A stretch of 63,548 nt of DNA, filler included, from Chiloscyllium plagiosum (lineage: Eukaryota), in assembly GCF_004010195.1 (NCBI RefSeq). It is 4 parts of one record of this genome, joined end to end, with 100 filler letters (N's around TTAATTAATTAA, not from the genome) between each part and the next. Parts side by side here need not be neighbours in the genome. Positions count along the whole stretch, not along the records: positions 1 to 31,588 come from NC_057712.1; positions 31,689 to 50,490 come from NC_057712.1; 2 more parts are not named here. One strand, 5' to 3'. The position numbers were made by a program, and so were the translations under genes. Positions 24,380-36,934 of this stretch are shown here, piece after piece (position 1 is the first letter of the stretch; every line of letters begins with the position of its first letter). The notes under the pieces were generated by a model, which ran no database searches, was not told the origin of the DNA, and worked only from the letters and a program-made list of their open reading frames with translations.

Positions 24380-24860
24380 ACTAATAGAAGGAACGCAGAG
24401 GAGGCCACTCTGCCCATCATGGATTGCTCTTTTGGCATGCTATCCAGTTGTTCCACTACTCCACCATACCTATCCTCCCTAATATAGCCATGCAACCTTT
24501 CCCTTTTTAAGAATTGCTAAAATCATGGTTAAAGAATATTATTGAACACATAGCTACCGCCCTTTCAGGCAACTTATTCCAAATCACAATCAGTGTATTG
24601 AAGAACATCTCCTCACTTTCCCCCAACTGTTTCCAATTATTTTAAGTGTATTCTCTGTTCCTTCTGCTCATGGAATATATGTCCCTCTCAAAACCCCATC
24701 AACTTGTGAACATCTCCATTAAATCACCCCTTCAACTTATCTTATAGAGTACAGCCCCAGCTTTTCCAGTCTCTACATCTGACTAAGATACCTGTTCCAG
24801 TAAAGCCCTCTGCTCCTTCTCCAAGTGATTGATAGCTTTATGAAAATGTGCTTCTTGGAA
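24380..24860 (-). mobile_element. Very old CR1 3' fragment
   Basis: GAGGCCACTCTGCCCATC stem and degenerate ORF2 C-terminal similarity. Confidence 0.55.
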
Positions 24861-25006
24861 CTTCTTACAGGACTCACTGCAGGATCCAGCACCAAATCTC
24901 TATCAGTCTCAATTTCATTAGTCTGGTAACAAACTCATAACCATGTCAATTGTCTTAAAAACCCATCAATGCCCTTCAAGGTAGGAAATCTGTTGCCCTT
25001 ACCTGG

Positions 25007-25630
25007 TTAGAATTAGAATTAGAGTTAGAATTTATTGTCATGTGTATTTTAAAAATTAAAAATACAATGAAAAGTGTTCTAAGTCGCCCTACCATGGTGC
25101 CTATAATGACAAGTCATGAAAAAGTCAAAAGTTACAAAATTAAGTAAAATTAAGTAAATATAAGACAAAGTTCAACAAAGTCCATTTAAAGGCTCCTGGT
25201 CTCGAAGAAAGCAGATCCATAATGAGAACGATATGACAGGACAAAAACTGAAACGCTGGGACACCACACCACTGGGCCGAAAGCCTCCGAAGACATAATG
25301 CCGTCAAGAACATCTGTCCAAAAAAAACCCTGGGCCGTCGGATCGCTGGGCCGCCACCCATGGACAAAACGAAACAGTGAAGTATCAGAAAACCAAGCCA
25401 GAAGCTGAGACCCAACACATTCAGAAAGACCACCAGAAGCAACAGCCCCTCAGGAGAAGCTCACGACTGAAGCCTTCAAACTTCAGTGAATTTGAACTTA
25501 TCCATAGTATATATATGTGTGTGTAACTGAAAGACCTTAAAAACAGAAAAAGAGGAACAGAAAATAGTAAAGGCAAACTAAGTAGATAAACAACGAGCTC
25601 CTGGGCTGAGGAGCCCATGTTAGGCGCACT
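25007..25630 (-). mobile_element. Putative non-autonomous retroposon with a Rex1/Babar-like tail
   Basis: Minus-strand tail ACACATGACAATAAA(TTCTAA)n shared with 7675-7800; CpG-rich non-coding body. Confidence 0.5.
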
Positions 25631-25637
25631 GTTTAGT

Positions 25638-25926
25638 GGGCAGCATGGTGGCACAGTGGTTAGCACTGCTGCCTCACAGCGCCAGAGACTTGGGTTCAAT
25701 CCCCGCCTCAGGCAACTGTCTGTGTGGAGTTTGCACATTCTCCCCGTGTCTGCATGGGTTTCCTCCGGGTGCTCCGGTTTCATCCCACAGTCCAAAAGGT
25801 GTACAGGTCAGGTGAATTGGCCCTAGTGTTAGGTGTAGGGGAATGGGTCTGGATGGGTTGCTCTCCGGACGGTCGCTGTGGACTTGTTGGGCCGAAGAGC
25901 CTGTTTCCATACTGTAAGTAATCTAA
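25638..25926 (+). mobile_element. HE1-type V-SINE
   Basis: A/B boxes, V-domain and TAATCTAA tail. Confidence 0.93.
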
Positions 25927-26636
25927 TTGTAGTATATGCTGCTCTTGCACCACTGCCAGGTCTGGCCTACTTGTGACACCAGACCTACTGCAAAATGGTT
26001 GACTCCTAACTGCCCTCTGGGCAAGAAATGCTGACCCTCCCTTAGCTGTCTACATCCCATCAATGAATAAAGCAAATGGAGCCATTTGCAGTCGAAGGTC
26101 AGGTCTGGCAGTGGGATAGCTGATGACATCTCTGGGGCAATGTCACTGACCACGCTAGCACACAAAGCAGTCACAGCAAACCTGAAAGGCTGCCTGAAAG
26201 ACATGACACAACTCGAACACTATTCCAGTGAGAACCCTAAACACGAGCCTGACAAAACACGCATGAATATTTCTGCGGAGCAATCGAAACAGCACAAAGG
26301 GAGGAGGATAGCTATATCCAACATCTGGAGAGGACTTTCGAAGAGCGTGTTCTGCAGAGTTCTTCTGCTGGGGAAATGGCACATGGCACATGGCTAGAGA
26401 CATTGGCAGATCTCCCTCCGACCTCTCTCACTGAAAAGCTGACATTGCCTGCACTCCGTGCTTACGCCAGACTGGAAGAAGCCTGCACGGATTCAGCCTG
26501 ATGACAATCAGAAGAGTGCAACAAATGATTCATTCTGACAGCAAGAGTAGCACATGACATGTTACTGCTGGGCACTTTCCCAAAAAGAAAGGAACAGCTA
26601 ATGTCCACATTTGCTCCACAGACCACTATTGAACTA

Positions 26637-26805
26637 GGCAAAAGTGAGGACTGCAGATGCTGGAAACCAGAGTTTAGATTAGAGTGGTGCTGGAAAAGCA
26701 CAGCAGGTCAGGCAGCATCCGAGGAGCAGGAAAATCGACGTTTCAGGCAAAAGCCCTTCATCAGGAATAGAGGCAGGAAGCCTCCAGGGTGGAGAGATAA
26801 AATAA
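26637..26805 (-). mobile_element. PLE pLTR solo fragment with a hammerhead at 26737-26764
   Basis: Minus strand CTGATGAAGGGCTTTTGCCTGAAACGTC; CACTATTGAA repeated at 26624-26633 and 26807-26816. Confidence 0.88.
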
Positions 26806-26988
26806 ACACTATTGAAGCCAGTCCACATGCGACATGGTGGGGAGGGAAGTGGGACAATGATAATGAGTAGAAAAATAAACGTAGTAATGATGGAAAAATT
26901 ATAAGCATGTTGTTGACAGTAAAGGGAAATCATTCATGGAATATCTGATGGCTATGTGATATAAGGTGGTACCTGTCAGTTATAGAAG

Positions 26989-27089
26989 TAAAAACAATGA
27001 CTGCAGGTGCTGCTAACCAGATTCTAGATTAGAATGGTGCTGGAAAAGCACAGCAGTTCAGGCAACATCCGAGGAGCAGGAAAATCGAC
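26989..27089 (-). mobile_element. PLE pLTR solo fragment starting at the hammerhead GUC triplet
   Basis: pLTR body; GTCAGKTATAGA direct repeat at both flanks (26976-26987 and 27090-27101). Confidence 0.82.
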
Positions 27090-27370
27090 GTCAGGTATAG
27101 AGCTGATTACATCAAAAGGAGTAATATCAGGTCACATGACACTCCGTGTGTAGAAGGGATTATGTCAAGGTAGTCATGCAAGGGTCTGTCACTGCCTTAT
27201 ACATGCATTTACAGCAATCTGTCTTTAAAGAAGACCAAGTGATATTATTCTCAGCACAAATATTAACCTGGGATGCTTCTAGTTTCCACTTTTCCCATGT
27301 TATCACCATAATATTAATTGAATACATACACATCAGCCAGAATCGTTAGGATTTGGTTGGTTGGTTTTGC

Positions 27371-28007
27371 AGACAGATTCCTCACCTATCACTAACCCTC
27401 CCTATTTACCCCAACTGAGAATTGGCTGTTTATCTGTTCCCGTGATATGGTACTTCCATAGCCAATAAATCTCACATAGACAGATTCCTCACCTATCGCT
27501 AACCCTCCCCATTTATCCACACTGAGAATTGGCTGTTTATCTGTTCCAGTGATATGGTACTTTCATAACCAATAAATCCCACATAGACAGATTCCTCACC
27601 TATCGCTAACCCTCCCCATTTATCCAAACTGAGAATTGGCTGTTTATCTGTTCCAGTGATATGGTACTTCTATAACCAATAAATCTCACATAGACAGATT
27701 CCTCACCTATCGCTATCCCTCCCCATTTATCCAAACTGAGAATTGGCTGTTTATCTGTTCACGTGATATGGTACTTCCATAGCCAATAAATCTCACATAG
27801 ACAGATTCCTCACCTATCGCTAACCCTCCCCATTTATCCAAACTGAGAATTGGCTGTTTATCTGTTCCAGTGATATGGTACTTTCATAACCAATAAATCT
27901 CACATAGACAGATTCCTCACCTATCGCTATCCCTCCCCATTTATCCACACTGAGAATTGGCTGTTTATCTGTTCCAGTGATATGGTACTTCTATAACCAA
28001 TAAATCC
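27371..28007. repeat. 107-bp tandem array, about 6 copies
   Basis: AGACAGATTCCTCACC starts at 27371, 27478, 27585, 27692, 27799 and 27906. Confidence 0.97.
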
Positions 28008-29424
28008 AAGAGTGGAACTTGAACTCATGGCCTTCTGGGTTACTGAGCCACTGCAGATCCCTGTGGCTGTTCATAATAATCACATTGTGATGATCCCAGG
28101 CGATGGTATTACTGGACAACTCAGATTCCAGAATGACTTCTGACCTGTCAGATGAGTTTTTTTAGTCAATATGGTGGTCTTTCCATTTATTGAAGCATAG
28201 TCTATCTAGCTATAGATCACTGATTGAAAGATCTTAAAATATACTACAAAGCAAAAGTCATCTATCCCTCATCACCATTGCTTTACAGCGATTCAAACCC
28301 AGAGAAATACCCATGTCCAATCTTTAAATTTAACTTAACCACTATTGTCCAGTACTCTCCTGTGAACTGTGAAATCTTCTCAAATGAATGCTCAGAAACC
28401 CGAGAGCTTAGACTTTCTCAGCTTTTTAATAACTTGAAGATCTCAAGCTAAACACTTTTTATTTGGAAATCACACACGTTACATATTTCTTTGAAGGTAA
28501 CTATACTTTTCCTGAACTTTCTATATTGCTTTGCCAGGAGACAAGCTATATTTATGTTCTGAACTCAATCAGATCTCCTACAAAATCTTTTAACTTTGGG
28601 TTTTCTAAGATAAAATCATTACTTCATTATCCTGAACTAAACACAAGGTAATGGCCTTCAATGCACACATTGAACATAAAATGAACAGGAACAACCCTTC
28701 AGCCCAAAATGTTGCACCATAGCAAAGATAACCCTTCATTAATTGCCTAAAGCAGGGTCTCTGCTCTCTGGACTAGATCACAGCTCCAGAAATATTCTCT
28801 GGCCTAGTTTGTGTCTTTTTAAATCCTTTAACAAAATAATCAAGCCCAAATGTAATTATTTTAAAACCCAAACCATATATTAGATCAGAACATGGTTACC
28901 TATTTTTCATTGAATTCCAGCCTAATGAGAAGTGAATGCTATACCTTTATTTCTTGACATTCTTTTTTCTTCAAAATACTGTCCTGCTAAATTAAGGGAC
29001 TGAAGGTGAGACCTTCCATGCTGTACATACCTATGACTCTTAGACCTGATGACAAGCAAAATCAATATCCTAAGAAAATGGTACATGATGCAGCTGTATC
29101 AATAGCCATTCTTACAGAAAAATGGCAATTGAATTGGTATTTTATATTGTTAATTATAATTAGATGTTAGCATGGATGTTGGCTGGAATATTATACAATC
29201 AGGGTATTAAACCTATAGAAGTTACTGTCAGCTTTTACTGCCCGTCCATGCGAGAGAGAAGAATGAAGCAATTCTTTAGGTAGAGCGAATCTTTATAGGA
29301 TTTGCTTTATTTCGATAATGTTGTGTAATAAAGAGCTGTACTAGCATGCATGTTACCACATTGTTTGTGATTCAGTAGCTCAGATTGTTTGCCTGGAGAG
29401 ATGGAGTTGGCCAAGTGAGCTAAA

Positions 29425-30000
29425 GGGACCTAAGGAGCAACTATTTCACACAGAGGGTGATGCATGTATGGAATGAACTGCCAGAGGAAGTGGTGGAGGC
29501 TGGTCAAGTTACGACATGTAGAAGGCATACTCTGACCTTGTTATCTGTGTTAGAGTTACAAAAATGATGCAAAATTGCCTTCTTGCCAGCAGATGACCCC
29601 AAAGGAGAGTGGAGCCGGGGATGAGGAACTTCAGTAACCAGGAGAATCGGGAGAGGCTGGCTTGCTCACCTCACAACAGATCAAAATGTTCAAAATCGTC
29701 AGCAATTTTGATGAAATATTTAAAGGGGAACTGTTTCTAGGGGGACAGCAACTGCAGGAGAGCATTAAATGGGATTTAAATGATGCAAAGAGTGTGCATA
29801 TTCCTTTCTGCAGAGAGTTGTTGTGATCTGGAATGCACTGCCCCAAGGTGGAGAAAGCAGAGTCAATGGTAGTTCTCAGAAGAGGAAGGGAGGATATCAG
29901 GCTAAACATTAGATGACTTGGGGGATGATCAGGGGACTGGAATGAATTAGATGGCTGGACTAAAGAGCTGGCACAGATACACTTGTCAAAATTGCTGGTT
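29425..30000 (+). mobile_element. Old CR1 3' fragments
   Basis: TTTCACACAGAGGGTG...GGAATGAACTGCCAGAGG and a second, more degenerate copy. Confidence 0.65.
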
Positions 30001-30329
30001 AGTTATTCATTGAATATTTGTTTAGATGTAGGGTATTAATTGGGGGAGTTATATATATGTAGGTGCAGACTCAAACATTACATTAGACACATTTTTGTAA
30101 TGTGGTACTCTGCATATAACAGCTTATAAATATCTGAATATTCAAGTCATACTTCTATCCTTCGCTGCCTGTTTATCTGAACTAAAGCGACAGCGGCAGA
30201 TTTTTGTGTTGTAATATTCTAAGATTTGTGAGAACATGTTTCAATTGTACATTATGTTTGTCCACAAAGGTGGAATGAAAATAAAAGGAGTGTTTTATAT
30301 GCAATTAGTTGCTTAGCGATGCAGTCTCC

Positions 30330-30490
30330 TCATTTGTTGCGTAGGCCAATGCTGCAGCAATCCTGTGTGCAACAACATTTTCCATACCACACTGACATCA
30401 AAGATCTGTTTGGACTAATTATTGGACAAGGCAGAAATGTAGGTTGTTAAACCAAGAACTTCTTTGTTGTTCTTTCAATAATGGCTCAAA
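30330..30490 (-). mobile_element. Highly degenerate Deu-domain SINE remnant
   Basis: Weak reverse-complement similarity to the Deu core seen at 23438-23757. Confidence 0.4.
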
Positions 30491-30623
30491 CTCCTCAGCA
30501 CCGCTTCAGTCACAAGAATGTGTGTGTTTTAATATTTAGTTCCAGGAATTAAAATTTAACTGTTGCAAGTGTGTCAAGTAAATGGTTAAAGTAAAAGTGA
30601 TAAGAATAATAGGTAATAGCTGA

Positions 30624-30914
30624 AGGCAACACGGTGGCTCAGTGGTTAGCACTGCTGCCTCACAGTACCAGGGACCCAGGTTCAATTCGACCCTCAGGGG
30701 ACTGTGTTGTGGAGTTTGCACATTCTCCCTGAGCGTGCTCTGATTCCTTCCACAGCCCAAAGACGTACAGGTTAGGCAGATTGGCCATGCTAAATTTCCC
30801 ATAGTGTCCAGGCTTGGTGGATTAGCCATGGAGCAATGCAGGGTATGGGCTGGGAGGACCCTCGGAGGATTGGTGGGGTGAATGGTCTGCATCCACACCA
30901 TAGGGATTCTATGA
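30624..30914 (+). mobile_element. HE1-type V-SINE
   Basis: GGTGGCTCAGTGG, GGTTCAATTC and V-domain. Confidence 0.9.
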
Positions 30915-31399
30915 TAAAAGTTTATTTAGAAAGATCAAAAGTAAGTAAGTGTAGAAGACACTTGTAAAGGTGAAAATAAGATCAAGCTCTAAAATAATTA
31001 CCGCTCTGTTGTTTCTTGAAGTTTCTCTTTCTGAAATAAAGTATCGAAATTTGCCAACAAATTTAGCAGCTGCAATGGCTTCTGTCATTGAACTGTTTAT
31101 GTTTGTACAGGCAGACTCCACAGGTCGGCTGTTAAAGTCTAGTCTACTTAAAAGGTTGGGATTACATTGTTTTAAAAGATTAACAGCAAGGAAGGTAAGG
31201 TAATTAAAACACTGGGCTTCAGTCATTGCCAGAGCACCTAAACCAAATGAAAGTTCAGAAGGTTATTCATGTTTGTTTAATCAGAATCAGAACAGAAGAG
31301 TAGCTCTTAGTTGAAAATGTGGTGTCTGCCAAAATTTTCACGATGGCAGTTCTAAGGAAGTTGGAGATAAATTTACTTAAAATCATTCAGTAACCATTA

Positions 31400-31588
31400 G
31401 GGGAGAAAGTGAGGTCTGCAGATGCTGGAGATCAGAGCTGAAAATGTGTTGCTGGAAAAGCGCAGCAGGTCAGGCAGCATCCAGGGAACAGGAGAATCGA
31501 CGTTTCGGGCATAAGCCCTTCTTCAGGAATGAGGAAAGTTGGTCCAGCAGGCTAAGATAAAAGGTAGGGAGGAGAGACTTGGGGGAGG
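31400..31588 (-). mobile_element. PLE pLTR running into a gap; hammerhead at 31499-31526
   Basis: Same subfamily as 16399 and 45448 (CTGAAGAAGGGCTTATGCCCGAAACGTC on the minus strand). Confidence 0.88.
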
Positions 31589-31688
31589 NNNNNNNNNNNN
31601 NNNNNNNNNNNNNNNNNNNNNNNNNNNNNNNNTTAATTAATTAANNNNNNNNNNNNNNNNNNNNNNNNNNNNNNNNNNNNNNNNNNNN
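31589..31688. other. Assembly gap with artificial linker (44N-TTAATTAATTAA-44N)
   Basis: Identical 100-bp construct at 50491-50590 and 60110-60209. Confidence 0.95.
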
Positions 31689-32368
31689 GACCCCAATCTC
31701 CCCAAATTCCTCAACCTCACTAGACCACCCAACCTCACTAGACCCCAATCTCCCCAGGTCCTTTGACCTCATATTTCCCTCCACCCTCTCACCACCTCGT
31801 TCTGCCTACAAATTCTGAACCCAGAATCTCCCACAGAGCTGCAAATGCCCCAGACCTCCCACCCACCACAGACATCCAATCTCCCAAACCCAAACTCCAA
31901 ACACCTCTCATCTTGCCAAACTCCATCTCATTCTGTCTTCTTCCGGTTTTCATCTCCTCGTCCTTCCTCTCTGCTCCCTGTTTCGGGGCTAACACTGTAG
32001 TCTGGCCCAGCCTCTCAGCCATCATCCATTTCAATGAGAAAATCCCGAAGGCTTTGCTGCAGTAAATAGCTGGTCAGGCAACATTAGATTATTAAGTACT
32101 TGGTCTAACTCTAGTGTAATTATTCAACTGATTTTCCAACTTACCTCACACACCCCCAACTACACCTGCCCCAGACCCTGTCCTCACGCAGACCAGATCC
32201 CCTTCCAGCTATCAGACATAACACAAAGCCCTGTTCCCTCAGGACTGGGACATTCCCTCTGCTTCCTCCTTGACCTGACACTATTTGTTCCCTCAAGGCC
32301 TAACACTGCATTCTCTTACCCCAAATGTCAGATCTCCTGCCCACACCAAGCTAATCTAAAGATTTAAT

Positions 32369-32437
32369 GGGTCTGGCAGCATCTGTGAAGAGAAATCGGA
32401 GTTAACATTTCAAGTCCAGTGACCCTTCCTCAGAATC
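32369..32437 (-). mobile_element. PLE family-2 pLTR, inverted arm; hammerhead at 32404-32433
   Basis: Minus strand CTGAGGA A GGGTC ACTG GACTT GAAATGTT; the partner arm is at 35981-36085. Confidence 0.78.
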
Positions 32438-32450
32438 AAACCCCATATTC

Positions 32451-35400
32451 GATTATTCGAGAAGCTGAGAGGGTGATAGATAGAAGCTACAGGGACATAG
32501 TTATGCCAGAGGTAGCTGGGTAACAGTTAGAGGTGAGAAGGGGAGGAAGCAGGCAGTGCAGGGATCCCCTGTGGTTGTTCCCCTCAACAATAAGTATACC
32601 GCTTTGGATACTGTTGGGGGGGGATGGCCTAGCAGGGGTAAGCTGCAGTGACCGGGTCTCTGGCACGAGGTCCGGCTCTGAGGCTCAGAAGGGAAAGGGG
32701 GAGAGGAGGAGAGCGCTAGTTATAGGAGACTCTTTAGTTAGAGGGACGGACAGGCGGTTCTGTGGACATGGGCAAGACTCTCGAATGGTTTGTTGCCTCC
32801 CGAGTGCCAGGGTCTGAGACGTCTCGGATCGTGTCTTCAGAATCCTTAAGGGGGAGGGTGTGCTACCAGAAGTCGTGCACATTGGCACCAACGACATAGG
32901 TAGGAAGAGGGGTCGGGAGGTCATTCAGGAGCTCAGGGAGTTAGGCTGGAAGCTAAAAGCTAGGATGGACAGAGTCGTCATCTCTGGGTTGTTGCCGGTG
33001 CCACGTGGGACAGTGGCAAGGAATAGGGAGAGAGTGCAGTTGAACACGTGGCTGCAAGGATGGTGTAGGAGGGAGGGCTTCAGATATTTGGACAATTGGA
33101 CTGCATTCTGGCGAAGGTGGGACCTGTNNNNNNNNNNNNNNNNNNNNNNNNNNNNNNNNNNNNNNNNNNNNNNNNNNNNNNNNNNNNNNNNNNNNNNNNN
33201 NNNNNNNNNNNNNNNGGGGGGGTTTAAACTAATTTGGCAGGGGAATGGGATCCGGACTTGTAGTCCAGCAAGTAGATTAGCTGTTTTTCAGGATGTCCAA
33301 GAATGTAGGGAGGCTGTGGAGAAGGTAGTACTAACAGGGAATACTTGCAGACACAGAGATGGGCTCAAGTGTGTATACTTCAACGCAAGGAGTATCAGAA
33401 ATAAGGTGGGTGAACTGAAGGCGTGGATAGGTACTTGGGACTACGATGTTGTGGCCATCACGGAAAAGTGGATAGAAGAGGGACAGGAATGGTTGTTGGA
33501 GGTTCCTGGTTACAGATGTTTCAGTAAGATTAGGGAGGGTGGTAAAAAAGGAGGGGGGTGGCGTTGCTAATTGGAAATGGTATAATGGCTGCAGAAAGGC
33601 AGTTCGAGGGGGATCTGCCTTTGGAGGTAGTATGGGCTGAAGTCAGAAATAGGAAAGGAGCAGTCACCTTGTTGGATGTTCGCTATAGGCCTCCCAATAG
33701 CAGCAGAGATATGGAGAAACAGATTGGGAAACAGATTTTGGAAAGGTGCAGAAGCCACAGGGTAGTAGTCATGGGCGATTTCAACTTCCCAAATATTGAT
33801 TGGAAGGTCTTTAGATCAAGTAGATTGGACGGGGCGGTGTTTGTGCAGTGTGTCCAGGAAGCTTTTCTAACTCAGTATGTAGATTGTCCGACCAGAGGGG
33901 AGGCCATATTGGATTTGGTACTTGGTAACGAACCGGGACAAGTGATGGGCTTGTTCGTGGGTGAACATTTTGGTGATGGTGACCACAATTCTGTGACTTT
34001 CACCTTGGTTAAGGAGAGAAATAGGTGCGTGCAACAGGGCAGGTTTTACAATTGGGGGAAGAGTAAATACGATGCTGCAAGACAGGATCTGAGGAGCTTA
34101 AATTTGGAGCATAGGCTATCAGGGAAGGGTGTCGTTGAAAAGGGTGTTGTTTTTCAAGGAACAGGTACAATGTGTCCTTGATATGTATGTACCTGTCAGG
34201 CAGGAGAGAGATGGTCGTGTGAGGTAACTTTGGTTGACGAGGGAGGTTGAATGTCTTGTAAAGAGGAAGAAGGAGGCTTACATAAGGTTGAGGAAACAAG
34301 GTTCAGACAGAGCATTGGAGGGATACAGGATAGCCAGGAGGGAGCTGAAGAAAGGGATTAGGAGAGCCAAGAGAGGGCATGAAAAATCTTTGGCGGATAG
34401 GATCAAGGATAACCCAAAGGCATTTTATGCGTATGTGAGAAACATGAGAATGACGAGAACGAGGGTAGGTCCGATCAAGGACAGTAGTGGGAGACTGTCT
34501 ATTGAGTTGGAAGAGATAGGAGAAGTCTTGAATGAGTACCTTTCTTCAGTATTTACAAACGAGAGGGACCATATTTTTGAAGAGAAGAGTATGAAACGGA
34601 CTGGTAAGCTAGAGGAGATACTTGTAAGGAAGGAAGATGTGTTGGGCTTTTTGAAAAACTTGAGGATAGACAAATCCCCCGGGCCTGACGGGATATATCC
34701 TAGGATTATGTGGGAAGCAAGAGAGGAAATTGCAGAACAGTTGGCAATGATCTTTTCGTCTTCACTGTCAATGGGGGTGGTGCCACGGGACTGGAGAGTG
34801 GCGAATGTTGTGCCCCTGTTCAAAAAAGGGAATAGGGATAACCCCGGGAATTACAGGCCAGTTAGTCTTACTTTGGTGGTAGGCAAAGTAATGGAGAGGA
34901 TACTGGGGGATAGGATTTATGAGTATCTGGAAAGACGCTGCTTGATTAGGGACAGCCAGCACGGATTTGTGAGGGGTAGGTCTTGCCTTATTGAATTATT
35001 GAATAATTGAATTCTTTGAGGAGGTGACCAAGCATGTGGATGAGGGTAGAGCAGTGGATGTGGTGTACATGGATTTTAGTAAGGTATTTGATAAGGTTCC
35101 CCATGGTAGGCTTATGCGGAAAGTCAGGAGACATGGGATAGTGGGAAGTTTGGCCAGTTGGATAGAGAACTGGCTAACCGGTCGAAGTCAAAGAGTGGTG
35201 GTAGATGGTAAATATTCAGCCTGGAGCCCAGTTACAAGTGGAGTTCCGCAGGGATCAGTTCTGGGTCCTCTGCTGTTCGTAATTTTTATTGATGACTTGG
35301 AAGAGGGAGTCGAAGGGTGGGTCAGTAAATTTGCAGACGATACNNNNNNNNNNNNNNNNNNNNNNNNNNNNNNNNNNNNNNNNNNNNNNNNNNNNNNNNN

Positions 35401-35980
35401 NNNNNNNNNNNNNNNNNNNNNNNNNNNNNNNNNNNNNNNNNNNNNNNNNNNNNNNNNNNNNNNNNNNNNNNNNNNNNNNNNNNNNNNNNNNNNNNNNNNN
35501 NNNNNNNNNNNNNNNNNNNNNNNNNNNNNNNNNNNNNNNNNNNNNNNNNNNNNNNNNNNNNNNNNNNNNNNNNNNNNNNNNNNNNNNNNNNNNNNNNNNN
35601 NNNNNNNNNNNNNNNNNNNNNNNNNNNNNNNNNNNNNNNNNNNNNNNNNNNNNNNNNNNNNNNNNNNNNNNNNNNNNNNNNNNNNNNNNNNNNNNNNNNN
35701 NNNNNNNNNNNNNNNNNNNNNNNNNNNNNNNNNNNNNNNNNNNNNNNNNNNNGGTATAGGGGGGATGTCAGGGGTAGGTTCTTTACCCAGAGAGTGGTGG
35801 GGGCATGGAATGCGCTGCCTGTGGGAGTGGCAGAGTCAGAATCATTGGTGACCTTTAAGCGGCATTTGGATAGGTACATGGATGGGTGCTTAAGCTCGGA
35901 CAAATGTTCGGCACAACATCGTGGGCCGAAGGGCCTGTTCTGTGCTGTATTGTTCTATGTTCTATGTTCTATGTTCTATA
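32451..35980 (+). mobile_element. Near full-length CR1 LINE: ORF1 SGNH esterase plus ORF2 APE/RT, frameshifted, with two N gaps
   Basis: [54 protein letters not shown]; (GTTCTAT)n tail. Confidence 0.97.
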
Positions 35981-36085
35981 CGTTAACTCTGATTTCTCTT
36001 CACTGATGCTGCCAGACATGCTGAGCTTTAACAGCAATTTCTGTTTTTGTTTCTGATTTACAACATCCACAGTTCTTACAGACTT
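35981..36085 (+). mobile_element. PLE family-2 pLTR, direct arm
   Basis: CGTTAACTCTGATTTCTCTTCAC...GCTGCCAGAC, as at 6302-6408. Confidence 0.8.
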
Positions 36086-36934
36086 TAGTCTAAAGACTTA
36101 CCTGGCACCCTAGGCATCTTGCACTCTACCCACGTGGCACCTTACCCCTACCCTCCTGACACCATACCATCCTAGCACCCTATGCCCCTGGTACCCTACC
36201 CCTTACCAACCTGTCACTTGACCCACCTGGCAACACACTAACCCCAGTTCCCTCGTCATCTGTCACCTTAACCCTACCTTCCAGGCAGCCTACCCTCACA
36301 AATACTTTTATGTACTTTATCTTCCTTTGGGAACTGTCAAAGTAGCTGTCCACAATGCTGGATCTTTGAATTACACAATATAGCACAATAACCCTTGTGA
36401 AAAAGCCTCCCCTAGCTCAAACCCCCATCCCCGCAGTGTCCAGTGCTACAAGCAATCTGTCAGAATAGATACACAGCTTTGAGATTCAGAAGGAGCCCTG
36501 ATCCTGTCAGAAATGCACATCTCTTTCATTTTACAAAACAGAAGGAATGCAGCGGTCATCTGCTGCAATTGCAACTCCTCGGAAAATCCAGCCTATCATC
36601 TCCCAATCATAGTCTTTTATTCCATATTATCGACACAAAACTTCAAAGACTGGAAGCCTTTGCTTGGAGCACTGGTGACTCATTTAGTCAGATTGTTTCT
36701 TCTGTCAGAGGGTTTCCCATTGCTGTCATTGTCGTGACTTTACTGAGCGTACAGAAGTTAAACAGACTGTTAGTCAGAATTTGCTGAGCCAATTGTGTTC
36801 GAACACATATTAGCCAATGAGGAATCTGTGACAATCTCACTCATATCTCAGCCAAGTGATAAATGGTTAAATCAGAAAGCAGTGGAGAGGCAGGATTCCT
36901 TTTTTCCTAATGTACCCATTCTTGATAATTGGGC

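Noticed and set aside
27371..28007. CRISPR-like array
   Set aside because: Units repeat over their whole length with no unique spacers; the context is vertebrate and no cas genes are present.
35024..35903. Long ORFs containing X runs (also 32860-33570 and 50543-51139)
   Set aside because: Their lengths are inflated by N gaps; only the CR1 portions are real.
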